From positions 2,402 through 66,401 of the forward strand of contig CAJAIA010000018.1 in NCBI GenBank assembly GCA_903939735.1: a stretch of DNA of 64,000 nucleotides, given 5' to 3'. The position numbers and the translations under genes are program-made. The notes below the pieces were generated by a model. That model worked only from the letters and a program-made list of their open reading frames with translations. It was not told the origin of the DNA and ran no database searches. Of the stretch, positions 1 to 8,872 are shown piece after piece. Position 1 is the stretch's first letter. Each line of letters starts with the position of its first letter. Origin of the DNA: an uncultured Ignavibacteria bacterium (lineage in GTDB: Bacteria > Bacteroidota > Ignavibacteria > Kapaibacteriales > Kapaibacteriaceae).

Positions 1-49
1 GCAACCTGTGCCCGAGATAGATCAAAAAAACGTAAGCCAAACCGTAAGC

Positions 50-93
50 CAAAAAACGTTAAGCCTTTGTAACTACCTGAGTCACAAAGGCTT
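50..93 (-). terminator. Rho-independent terminator downstream of tRNA-fMet
   Basis: A 10-bp inverted repeat (AAGCCTTTGT / ACAAAGGCTT) with a 13-nt loop is followed, on the minus strand, by a T6 run. It lies immediately 3' of the tRNA. Confidence 0.55.
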
Positions 94-108
94 AACGATT
101 TTGAGTTG

Positions 109-181
<73 letters not shown>

Positions 182-299
182 ATAGGGAACACGAATGTAC
201 GGAAAAAACCGATCGGTGGTATGGACGGATGTGAAAAGAATTTCGTGGATGCAGTGTTGTTGATGCTGCTAGCGACACGCGTAACTCTTATGGCTGGCG

Positions 300-307
300 T
301 ATCTTTG
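300..307 (+). promoter_or_regulatory. Putative FCB-type sigma-A -7 box (TATCTTTG) for pheT
   Basis: This matches the Bacteroidetes -7 consensus TAnnTTTG and sits about 28 nt upstream of the pheT ATG. Confidence 0.35.
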
Positions 308-335
308 CTCGTTCTCGTTCATAGTTTGTCTTGGC

Positions 336-2756
336 ATGAAACTCTCTCATCGTTGGCTTCAAACATTTGTTGATCTCGATCCAGCTACGTGGACGCCCGA
401 GCGGGTGTCGACGGTGCTGACAGACCTCGGACTGGAGGTTGAGCATGTCGAGAATATGACCGAGACACTTCGCGGATTCGTCGTTGGACATGTCCTGACG
501 AAAGAGCGACATCCGAAGGCCGATAAGTTGTCGGTATGCACCGTCGATGTGGGTGATGGTTCGCCCCGTACCATCGTGTGCGGTGCACCGAATGTTGATG
601 CCGGGCAAACCGTTCCAGTTGCATTGGTTGGTGCACACGTGCCAACGGCCGACTTCGTGATCGAATCACGTCCGCTCCGTGGTGTTACCTCGGAAGGCAT
701 GATCTGCTCACAAGCTGAGCTTGGCCTTGGCGATGATCACAATGGCATCTGGGTGCTTACCACATCTGCAGCGCCTGGTACGCCCCTTGCCTCTGCACTT
801 GGTCTTGATGACGTGATCTACGATGTGGCAATTACGCCAAATCGTGCAGACTGTACGTCGCACGTTGGCATCGCACGTGACCTGCTTGCATACAAGCGTG
901 TCCATGAATCGTCTGCACACACCGATCTGCGCATGCCGTCGATAGATGTGCCGTCGCAGAGTTCAACAGCTGCGGTTGATGTGCGTGTCGAAGCAGAAGA
1001 TCTGTGTCCGCACTACATCGCATACGTGGTCACCAACGTCAAGCCCGTCGAGAGTCCGTCGTGGCTCAAAGATCGTCTAACAGCACTTGGTCTGCGTCCG
1101 CGGAATGTGATTGTCGACATCACGAACTATATCAACATGGAGCTGGGGCAGCCCCTTCATGCATTCGATGCAGCAAAACTCGACGGCAACACGATTGTTG
1201 TGCGCCGCGCAGCTGCTTCGGAGAATACGTTCCGTACCCTCGATGGAAAAGATCGTACGCTCACACCCGACATGCTGATGATCTGCGACGCTACACGTCC
1301 GGTTGCGCTCGCGGGTGTGATGGGCGGCGAGAATTCAGAAGTTGATGAGCACACAACAACCGTTGTGATTGAATCTGCGTACTTCGCGCCGACATCTGTT
1401 CGTCGCACGGCAAAGGCGCATGGGTTGTCGACTGATGCGTCGTACCGCTTTGAGCGCGGCGTGGATCCAGCCGGTGTTCGCCGTGCTGCCGATCGTGCCG
1501 TTGCGCTGCTATGCGAACTCGCCGGTGGCACGCCGGGTGCGCGCGTTGAAGTAGGCGCGCCACTTCCTGCGCCACAGCCGATCACGTATTCGCACGATCG
1601 CATTCGCACACTTGTTGGTATCAACGAATCCAACGAGCGTATTGATCTAATGCTCACGTCCGTTGGATGTGTCTGCGCTAATAACACAGCTACCCCTCCT
1701 ACGTGGCGCGCCGATCTGCAGATCCAGGCTGATCTGGCAGAAGAGGTGATGCGCCTCTACGGCATCAATGCAATCCCGTCGTCAACCACAGCGCATCTGT
1801 CTCTGTCGGGCGATCGACTTCCAGCACATCTGCGTGCAGGGGGCGAGCATGGCCGCACATTGCGCGATCGCGTGCGCACGATGCTTGTTGCACGTGGGTA
1901 CTTCGATTGTGTTACGAACGTGCTTACCGGACCCGATGATCACCTCGCGTCGGACGCATCGGAACACGTCGCACTCAAGAATGCACTCGGCAAAGAATTT
2001 TCGACGCTGCGCACATCGTTGATTCCATCGCTGCTGCGCGTTGCATCACGCAACCTGCGGCATGGACAAACCACGGTGCGGCTTGTTGAGCTCGGCTCGC
2101 AATTCCGTCGTGATGCAGCAGTGCCAGTTGGCGTGCATCAACACGAGATGTTGGCACTGTGTTGTGCTGGCAGCTCAGAGCATCACTGGAGCGCACCCTC
2201 ACGTGCGATCGATCTCTACGATCTGCTTGGCGATGTGCAGAGTGTGCTTCCAATGGTCACCGTGCATCCGATCGATGCACCGATTGCAGGGTTCTCGCCA
2301 AACGCAGTACACCTGCGTGTTGGCGACGTCTCGGTTGGTGTTGCGGGAGAGGTAGATGCTGCACTTGCGAAGCGATGCGACCTCGATCGTCCGCCGGTTG
2401 TAGCAGTGATCGATTTGCGCGCGCTTCCACAGCAGCAACGCACGTTTACGTCGGTCGGACAGTTCCCGTCGGTGCGACGTGATCTTGCGCTTGTGGTGAA
2501 GGAAGAGATTCCTGCTGGTCGTATACTTGATGTGGTTCGGGAACTCAACATTCCATTGCTTCGCTCGGTAGGTGTATTCGACGTCTATCGCGACGCATCA
2601 ATGGGCGAGGGCGTCAAGAGTGTTGGGATAGACATGACGTTTCGGTCGGATGAACGCACGCTGGTCGACAGTGATGTCGACACAGCGATAACTTCTATCA
2701 TCGACGCAACGGCCAAGGCACTCGGTGCCCGCGTCCGTGGCGCATCAGTCGCATGA
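336..2756 (+). CDS. pheT: Phenylalanine--tRNA ligase beta subunit
   Basis: The 806-aa ORF starts MKLSHRWLQTFVDLD, like E. coli PheT (MKFSELWLREWV). Length and domain order fit PheT. No pheS lies adjacent. Confidence 0.9.
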   Translation: MKLSHRWLQTFVDLDPATWTPERVSTVLTDLGLEVEHVENMTETLRGFVVGHVLTKERHPKADKLSVCTVDVGDGSPRTIVCGAPNVDAGQTVPVALVGAHVPTADFVIESRPLRGVTSEGMICSQAELGLGDDHNGIWVLTTSAAPGTPLASALGLDDVIYDVAITPNRADCTSHVGIARDLLAYKRVHESSAHTDLRMPSIDVPSQSSTAAVDVRVEAEDLCPHYIAYVVTNVKPVESPSWLKDRLTALGLRPRNVIVDITNYINMELGQPLHAFDAAKLDGNTIVVRRAAASENTFRTLDGKDRTLTPDMLMICDATRPVALAGVMGGENSEVDEHTTTVVIESAYFAPTSVRRTAKAHGLSTDASYRFERGVDPAGVRRAADRAVALLCELAGGTPGARVEVGAPLPAPQPITYSHDRIRTLVGINESNERIDLMLTSVGCVCANNTATPPTWRADLQIQADLAEEVMRLYGINAIPSSTTAHLSLSGDRLPAHLRAGGEHGRTLRDRVRTMLVARGYFDCVTNVLTGPDDHLASDASEHVALKNALGKEFSTLRTSLIPSLLRVASRNLRHGQTTVRLVELGSQFRRDAAVPVGVHQHEMLALCCAGSSEHHWSAPSRAIDLYDLLGDVQSVLPMVTVHPIDAPIAGFSPNAVHLRVGDVSVGVAGEVDAALAKRCDLDRPPVVAVIDLRALPQQQRTFTSVGQFPSVRRDLALVVKEEIPAGRILDVVRELNIPLLRSVGVFDVYRDASMGEGVKSVGIDMTFRSDERTLVDSDVDTAITSIIDATAKALGARVRGASVA

Positions 2757-2763
2757 GCTCCGT

Positions 2764-3483
2764 ATGATACCGCAACAGCAGCCGGAACATGATCACGACG
2801 CATCGCTCTTTGTTGAGCAGGAAGCAGCGTCGGCTCCTGATTTGCAGCGTGCTATCGAGCACTTCTGGAATGCCGTTCGCAAGAGCGCCGAAGTGATCGT
2901 CACGCTCCGTCAGGAGAACACCATGCTGCAGTCCAACCTTGCCGTACGCAAGGCATCGGAGGACGAACTCCTGCATCGGGTCGACCAACTCCTTGCTCGC
3001 ATTGAAGAACTCGAGCGCGACCGCGCAGAGCAGCAGGCACGTCTTGACGTACAACCGGCGGTTGTCACCGCCGACACCTCGCAGATTGACGACCTTCAGG
3101 CTACCATCCGCGAGCTCACCGAGAATCTCGAACAGGCGCGTGCCCATCAGGAAGCCCATGGTCTCGAGCGGGAAGCCCTCGAACACCGACTCATGGAGCT
3201 CGAACGTGCCGCGACCATCACCGAGGGGTCCTCTGAGGAGCTCACAGCCCTCCGTGACGAGGTGGCTGACCTGCGTCAGCAGCTCGATCAGGCCATGTCC
3301 ATAATCGAGCGTTACCGTGCCGCCGGACTACGGCATTTGGAAGATCCGGAGACCGAACATCAGATGGCGCTCTTCGGGGCTGCCGCTGCACGGCAACTCT
3401 TGACTGAGGAAGAACTTACGGAGTTGGCTACACGGCTCGACGCAGTAGCAGATCGCGTGTCAGAATTGCTCGGTATTTCATAA
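2764..3483 (+). CDS. Coiled-coil hypothetical protein (possible cell-division accessory protein)
   Basis: The ORF 2725..3483 overlaps the pheT 3' end. The first Met past the pheT stop gives about 239 aa. The sequence is Q/E/L/R-rich with heptad character and sits immediately upstream of zapA. Confidence 0.5.
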   Translation: MIPQQQPEHDHDASLFVEQEAASAPDLQRAIEHFWNAVRKSAEVIVTLRQENTMLQSNLAVRKASEDELLHRVDQLLARIEELERDRAEQQARLDVQPAVVTADTSQIDDLQATIRELTENLEQARAHQEAHGLEREALEHRLMELERAATITEGSSEELTALRDEVADLRQQLDQAMSIIERYRAAGLRHLEDPETEHQMALFGAAAARQLLTEEELTELATRLDAVADRVSELLGIS

Positions 3484-3519
3484 ATTCACGCTTCGACAAC
3501 GAATCACAAACCGGCACCC

Positions 3520-3810
3520 ATGTCGAAAGCGATACGAGTCACGATTGGTGGTAAAGACCTTACTCTTCGCGGTAACGATGAAGAGAAGATCAAAAAGTCA
3601 GTACGCGAAGTCAATCTTCAGGTTCAACATCTTCAGCAAACACTCCGGGAGCAATCCACACCGACACTCACGATTCTTGCAGCACTGAACATTGCGGAGA
3701 AATACCTCGATGTGCAGGAACAACGCGCAAAGGATCTCGAATTGGTGACCGATGAGCTCACGAAGATGACCGAATACCTGGATCGCGCCTGGTCGCAACC
3801 CCTGTCGTAG
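3520..3810 (+). CDS. zapA: Cell division protein ZapA
   Basis: A 96-aa protein with the ZapA signature region (RVTIGGKDLTLRG ... LTILAALNIAEKYL) and the conserved position upstream of rny. Confidence 0.8.
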   Translation: MSKAIRVTIGGKDLTLRGNDEEKIKKSVREVNLQVQHLQQTLREQSTPTLTILAALNIAEKYLDVQEQRAKDLELVTDELTKMTEYLDRAWSQPLS

Positions 3811-4178
3811 CACGACCCGCTTATGCATGACGTGACGGTGGAACGCTTTGCCGCAGTCCACTACCGTTGTCGCACGCTTGAAAAAGAACCATACAAGTTT
3901 TTTCATTCCAGGGAATCAGGCTCTGACCATCCATGGCAGGCCTCACTCGTGAACACACGAGAATGATCCGAGTGCCAGGTGCATTCGGCGCGGTTCGGCC
4001 GCAGTCATTCAGTGGACGTCAGCGGTGGCCAGGATGATACCCACTGTGCGGTACCTTTGGTTCTTTTCCCAACCGAAACAACCGGACCTTGGTCCGGGGT
4101 AGTGGATGCGGCTCTTTTATTTCATCTGCCTGTCAGACGTGCAGCCGTCTGCAAGCAGGACGCAAGGAGTAACGCAGT

Positions 4179-5747
4179 ATGGACTCAACTTTGTTGACGG
4201 GAGTCATCGTCGGTGCGGCTATTGCACTGGTTGGCTTCCTCATCACCTACTTCAGCGGAAAGAAGCTCGCGGCAGCGGCGCTTACTGATGCTGAATCCAA
4301 GGCCAAGGCGATCGTCAACGATGCCGAGCACAAGGCCGAAGGAATCAAGAAGACGAAGATCGATGAAGCGGAAGACAAGTTCCGCGAAATGAAGCGAAAA
4401 GCCGAAGCAGAGCGCGACTCGAAAGAAGCAAAGCTCAAGAATGTCGAAAAGGAGCTTCGGAAGCGCGAAGAGGGGATCGATCAAAAACTGGAAGTGATCT
4501 CGAAGAAGGAAAAGCAGGTAGCTACACTCGAATCTGATTTGCAAGGCAAGGCCAAGCAGATTGAAGTAAAGACCAAGCAAGTCAGCGAAATCCTTGACGA
4601 GCAGACGATTCGTCTCGAGCGCATCACGGGTATGAGCCGTGAAGACGCGAAGAAGTTCCTCGTCGACAACATGATCAACGAAGCAAAGGCAGACGCCGCG
4701 CAGTTGGTCAAGGATGTCCGCGACGAAGCAAAGCTCAATGCACGTAAGGAAGCTCAGCGTATCGTGCTGATGGCAATCCAGCGTACAGCGTCAGACCACT
4801 GTGTTGAGTCGACGGTGTCGGTGGTGAACTTGCAATCGGAAGAGATGAAGGGACGCATCATCGGTCGTGAAGGCCGTAACATCCGTGCGTTCGAAGCTGC
4901 TACAGGCATCGACCTCATTATCGACGATACACCAGAAGCAGTTGTGATTTCCGGCTTTGATCCGTTCCGCCGTGAAGTTGCACGTACATCGCTCGAGCGC
5001 TTGATGGGTGACGGTCGTATCCACCCAGCACGTATCGAAGAAGTTGTCGAAAAGGTCCGCAAGGAACTCGAAGAAGAGATCGTGCGCGTTGGTGAGAATG
5101 CTCTGATGGAATTGGGCATTCACAACATCCACCCGGAAATGGTTCGCTACATCGGTAAGATGAAGTACCGTTCGTCGTACGGACAGAACCTGCTTGCGCA
5201 CTCTATTGAAGTTGGCTTCCTCACGGGCATCATGGCCAATGAACTTGGTCTTGACGTGAACCTCGCGAAGCGCGCCGGCTTGTTGCACGACATCGGTAAA
5301 ACGATCGATCGTGAGCTTGAAGGTCCGCACGCGCTCCTCGGTATGGAGCTTGTCAAGAAGTACAAGGAACATCCGCTCGTTGTCAACGCTGTCGGTGCTC
5401 ACCACGACGACATCGAAATGGAATCGCCAATCGCTGTGCTTGTGCAAGCGGCCGACTCCATCAGCGGTGCACGTCCGGGCGCACGCCGCGAATCGCTCGA
5501 GAACTACATCAAGCGTCTGCAGCAGCTGGAAGAAATCGCAACATCGTTTGATGGTGTTACCAAGACGTATGCGATTCAGGCTGGACGTGAGGTGCGCGTG
5601 ATGATCGAGCCAGATCGTATCGACGACTTGCGCGCCGACCAGTTGGCCACAGATATTGCTACACGCATTGAATCTGAAATGGAATATCCTGGTCAGATCA
5701 AGGTCACGGTTGTCCGCGAACGCCGCTCAACAGCAATCGCGAAATAA
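4179..5747 (+). CDS. rny: Ribonuclease Y
   Basis: A 522-aa protein with an N-terminal TM helix, a coiled coil, a KH domain (GRIIGREGRNIRAFE) and an HD domain (LLHDIGK). The zapA-rny order is conserved. Confidence 0.9.
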   Translation: MDSTLLTGVIVGAAIALVGFLITYFSGKKLAAAALTDAESKAKAIVNDAEHKAEGIKKTKIDEAEDKFREMKRKAEAERDSKEAKLKNVEKELRKREEGIDQKLEVISKKEKQVATLESDLQGKAKQIEVKTKQVSEILDEQTIRLERITGMSREDAKKFLVDNMINEAKADAAQLVKDVRDEAKLNARKEAQRIVLMAIQRTASDHCVESTVSVVNLQSEEMKGRIIGREGRNIRAFEAATGIDLIIDDTPEAVVISGFDPFRREVARTSLERLMGDGRIHPARIEEVVEKVRKELEEEIVRVGENALMELGIHNIHPEMVRYIGKMKYRSSYGQNLLAHSIEVGFLTGIMANELGLDVNLAKRAGLLHDIGKTIDRELEGPHALLGMELVKKYKEHPLVVNAVGAHHDDIEMESPIAVLVQAADSISGARPGARRESLENYIKRLQQLEEIATSFDGVTKTYAIQAGREVRVMIEPDRIDDLRADQLATDIATRIESEMEYPGQIKVTVVRERRSTAIAK

Positions 5748-5777
5748 CCCGACGCAACACGACAATAGCCCATAACG

Positions 5778-5814
5778 AACGCGGGCGAGACATTCTGTCT
5801 CGCCCGCGTTTTTT
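5778..5814. terminator. Bidirectional rho-independent terminator between the convergent genes rny and ORF 5818..6624
   Basis: A 15-bp GC-rich stem (AACGCGGGCGAGACA / TGTCTCGCCCGCGTT) with loop TTC is followed by TTTTTCGTTT. Confidence 0.6.
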
Positions 5815-5817
5815 CGT

Positions 5818-6624
5818 TTAGTTGTTACTGACGTCGTCGTCCTCTTCATCCTCGTCGTCATCCTCGAGTGCATCGAGCATGTCGCTCCAGAACGAACCCT
5901 CGGTAAGGGCAGCAGGGTCGATGCGTGCAATTGCGGTTGCGCACCGCTCGATGATTGCATCGACATCCTCGCTGGTGTCCGACTCAAGGCTGCGCCATGC
6001 CTCGAGGCACAGCAAAAGATGTCCAACGGAGCTGTTGACGAACTGTTGCGCGTAGAATCCCCATTCGCAATCGAGCAGGACGACAACGCCATCGGCACGC
6101 TCGTCAATACACAGTGCATCGTCGAGGGATGTAGTGCCAATGCGCCAGTAGGCCGCAAAGAAGTCGGCACTCGCATCTTCGTCGTCTTCAGGGATTTCAA
6201 TCACTGTTGACAACCGAACAGGTGTTTCGTCAAAGGTGATCTCCGGTTCTGCTGTCGCAGGGAGTCCGGCCTTCGTCAGGAACTCAATCGTAGCGCTTGG
6301 TGCGAGCACGTCGCGTATTGCGTCTGCCGACACAGTACGAAGGGGAGAGCCCTTCCACGAGCGCGCAAGAACAGCTGCAGGCGGGAGTGCCTCTGCAGGA
6401 GCGTCGAGTGAGAGCGCGCGCAGAAACAGCACTGACGTGACCGTCATGTGTGCGATGTAGACGGTATCGACAAGATCCGCGTTTTCGGGATCGTTCTCGA
6501 GTGCGTCACCCGCAGCGTCGCGCGTATCAGCGAGGAGATCGAGCTGCTCGTCGGTGAGAGATGCGAGTTGCTCTGGATGTTCGAGCAACTCAGGAAGTCC
6601 AAGGTCGAGAAGTGTTTGATGCAT
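5818..6624 (-). CDS. Acidic hypothetical protein with a poly-Asp/Glu C-terminal tail
   Basis: A 268-aa ORF with very low predicted pI that ends DALEDDDEDEEDDDVSNN. It has its own terminator. No motif is recognisable by eye. Confidence 0.5.
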   Translation of the reverse strand: MHQTLLDLGLPELLEHPEQLASLTDEQLDLLADTRDAAGDALENDPENADLVDTVYIAHMTVTSVLFLRALSLDAPAEALPPAAVLARSWKGSPLRTVSADAIRDVLAPSATIEFLTKAGLPATAEPEITFDETPVRLSTVIEIPEDDEDASADFFAAYWRIGTTSLDDALCIDERADGVVVLLDCEWGFYAQQFVNSSVGHLLLCLEAWRSLESDTSEDVDAIIERCATAIARIDPAALTEGSFWSDMLDALEDDDEDEEDDDVSNN

Positions 6625-6657
6625 CTACGAAGCTACGGATTCCGCCGCTACCAGTAG

Positions 6658-7575
6658 TTAGAGCGCGAGGATTACCACACCGGTGACGGCGAGAACGGCA
6701 CCAACCACCGAGCGCCAGGGAAGAGCGGTGCGCTGGGTTATTGCCGCACTTGCAATCACCACAAATGGAACCATCGACATAATTGTCTGCGCTATCGCAA
6801 CATTCAGATTCCGCGCCGCGATGAGCGAGCACGTGACGCCAATAATGGGTCCGAACAGCACCCCCAGATACATTGCGCGTACTGCAGGGCGATCAACAAA
6901 TGCCTCGCGGAGCGGACGGTGTGGTGCGCGCCGAAGTATGTCGAAGACATACGTGCCGACGAACCCAACACTCATGCGCATGAAGGTAGCATGAAAGGGT
7001 GTGATGTCTCCTGAGCCCGACTGTAAGCCAATCTTTGCAACGACCAGTCCAGCCCCCTGACACACCGCTCCGCCAAGTGCGAGAACTATGCCCAGCGTAA
7101 ACGACCCAAACCCCTCGGTCTGCACCTCATGTCGCTCCTGCGTGCTGTTCATCGCATACATCACACCACCTATCGATAACACCATCCCAATGATGTCCAT
7201 TACGGTGAGCGTCTCGCCCAACACAACGAAGCCCACGACGGCCGCCGCCGCTGGTGCAATCGTGCCGATAATGCTCTGTCGACGAGCACCCAGAATGCGA
7301 AGCGATGTAAAGCCCAGATGGTCGCCAATGGTGAGACCGATCACACCGCTCAGGCCGAGCCAAATCCATTGGTCGAGGGATGAACGTGTGACGATATACC
7401 ACGGCCACCAACCTTGGATGACGCAGCACAGAACCGCCGTTGCTCCAACCGCTAGCAGTAGACGCGTCCGATTCAACAATCCTGGGTCGATCGAGCGGGA
7501 CGCACGAAAGAACACCAGAGTGCCGAATGACCATGAGAACAGCGTTGTGAACGCCGCAATGAAACCGAGAAGCAT
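6658..7575 (-). CDS. DMT/EamA-family transporter
   Basis: A 305-aa protein with about 10 hydrophobic segments arranged as the two-EamA-repeat pattern. Confidence 0.7.
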   Translation of the reverse strand: MLLGFIAAFTTLFSWSFGTLVFFRASRSIDPGLLNRTRLLLAVGATAVLCCVIQGWWPWYIVTRSSLDQWIWLGLSGVIGLTIGDHLGFTSLRILGARRQSIIGTIAPAAAAVVGFVVLGETLTVMDIIGMVLSIGGVMYAMNSTQERHEVQTEGFGSFTLGIVLALGGAVCQGAGLVVAKIGLQSGSGDITPFHATFMRMSVGFVGTYVFDILRRAPHRPLREAFVDRPAVRAMYLGVLFGPIIGVTCSLIAARNLNVAIAQTIMSMVPFVVIASAAITQRTALPWRSVVGAVLAVTGVVILAL

Positions 7576-7590
7576 GCCGTTTCCTGTAAA

Positions 7591-7618
7591 ATGAAAAAGG
7601 GCGCAGTAGCGCCCTTTG
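7591..7618 (-). terminator. Rho-independent terminator downstream of the bS22-like micro-ORF
   Basis: On the minus strand a GACAAAGGGCGC-TACT-GCGCCCTTT hairpin is followed by TTTCATTTT. Confidence 0.5.
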
Positions 7619-7620
7619 TC

Positions 7621-7716
7621 TTACTTGTTCTTCTTCTTGTGACGGTTCTTACGAAGCCGCTTCTTGCGCTTATGCGTGGCCATCTTATGGCGCTTGCGCT
7701 TCTTTCCACATGGCAT
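7621..7716 (-). CDS. Small, highly basic protein resembling ribosomal protein bS22
   Basis: The 31 codons read MPCGKKRKRHKMATHKRKKRLRKNRHKKKNK. The K/R pattern resembles mycobacterial and Bacteroidetes bS22 ([25 protein letters not shown]). It has its own terminator and is too short for the ORF track. Confidence 0.45.
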   Translation of the reverse strand: MPCGKKRKRHKMATHKRKKRLRKNRHKKKNK

Positions 7717-7753
7717 GGGATCCTCGACGAATGCAGTGAATAAACGTGATGTT

Positions 7754-8374
7754 TCAATGTTGTTGTGTCGCTCTGATCTCGTCAAGCGCCAGTGATGCAC
7801 GCTTGCCGTAGTCCGTTGTAGGGTTGACATCCCGGCACGTTGTGAACCACACAACCGCTTCGTCGAGTTGGTTCATCTGACCATACATGGCGGCAAGATT
7901 GAGCAATGCTGCCTGGTTGGTCGGTGCGCGAGCTATCACACGCTTCATTTCATCGATGCCCTCAGTCTGCTTCCCGGAGGCGTACATGGCATACGCATAA
8001 TCAATGCGAACCATCGTGTTGCCAGGGTCGACGGACGTGAGGAACGACCGATAAAACCGAACTGCCTTGTCAAATTCCCCGATGTCGTAGCTGATGTTCC
8101 CCGCAGAGATCAACAACATACTATCGAGAGGTCGCGCGCGAAGTGAATCTTCCACAACACGCAACAACCCAGAAAGTGACTGCTTGCGCTTTGTCATGCG
8201 CTGCTGTAACGAATCGGCGAGCTGTTGCTCTCGCTTCTGCGCCGCCCGCTCCGTTGCGAGCCCCTTTCCCGTCTCTACATCCTGTGCTACACGATATCGA
8301 ACAACCGCGTATGATCCGCCGGCGACGAGACCAGCAGCGACGATGATTGCTGCGGCCAATCCACCTGGTTTCAT
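7754..8374 (-). CDS. TPR-repeat protein with an N-terminal membrane anchor
   Basis: A 206-aa protein with an N-terminal hydrophobic helix and tetratricopeptide-like repeats (AYAMYASGK, ALLNLAAMYGQMNQLDEAV). Confidence 0.6.
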   Translation of the reverse strand: MKPGGLAAAIIVAAGLVAGGSYAVVRYRVAQDVETGKGLATERAAQKREQQLADSLQQRMTKRKQSLSGLLRVVEDSLRARPLDSMLLISAGNISYDIGEFDKAVRFYRSFLTSVDPGNTMVRIDYAYAMYASGKQTEGIDEMKRVIARAPTNQAALLNLAAMYGQMNQLDEAVVWFTTCRDVNPTTDYGKRASLALDEIRATQQH

Positions 8375-8694
8375 ACGATTGTTGAATCCGTCTTTACAGG
8401 TTCGCCACGAAGTTTATCGTGGACCTTTTCCTGAAACTCGGAGCTTACCTTGAATGCGGGGATAAACCGCTCTTCAAGGGGCACAGGGTCCCCAGTACGA
8501 GGATTGCGAGCCATCCGAGGCTTGCGGCTCTTCACGCTGAAGACGCCAAATCCGCGCAATTCGATACGGTGCCCGTTGGAGAGCGAATCAATGATGCTCA
8601 ACAGGAACCCATCAACGACAGCCTTGGTCTCGAGCTTGGTGAGCCCGGTCTCGCTGGCAATCTTATCGACGATATCGGCTTTTGTGACGTTCAA
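8371..8694 (-). CDS. HU/IHF-family DNA-binding protein
   Basis: The motifs GFGVFSVKSRKPRMARNPRTGDPV are typical of the HU beta-arm. The likely TTG start is at NVTKADIV, about 107 aa. The longer ORF start at 8778 is probably an upstream extension. Confidence 0.7.
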   Translation of the reverse strand: MNVTKADIVDKIASETGLTKLETKAVVDGFLLSIIDSLSNGHRIELRGFGVFSVKSRKPRMARNPRTGDPVPLEERFIPAFKVSSEFQEKVHDKLRGEPVKTDSTIV

Positions 8695-8839
8695 CGCGGC
8701 CTCGTGGTCAACGATACAATACTCCGCTCCGACTTGCGTACCCAACCCAGTGCGAAACCATCGGGGTACGGACGGCAAACATACGAAAGCCCCTTATTCT
8801 GCACAAACTTAGCCCCAAACAAATGGGGGTAAACTTCTG

Positions 8840-8847
8840 TATCTTTG
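8840..8847 (+). promoter_or_regulatory. Putative -7 box (TATCTTTG) upstream of uppS
   Basis: It matches TAnnTTTG about 25 nt upstream of the uppS start codon. Confidence 0.35.
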
Positions 8848-8872
8848 TGCCTTCGTACCGCAGGGAGGAAGC

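Noticed and set aside
4185-5447. Several long antisense ORFs inside rny (for example 4185..4580 and 4791..5447 on the minus strand)
   Set aside because: They lie entirely within a gene that is strongly supported as RNase Y on the opposite strand. High GC content produces long stop-free antisense frames, and none has a recognisable motif.
5822-6055. A plus-strand ORF with a poly-Ser run (SSSSSSSSSSSSSAS)
   Set aside because: It is the antisense of the poly-Asp/Glu tail of the minus-strand acidic protein, which is a compositional mirror artefact.
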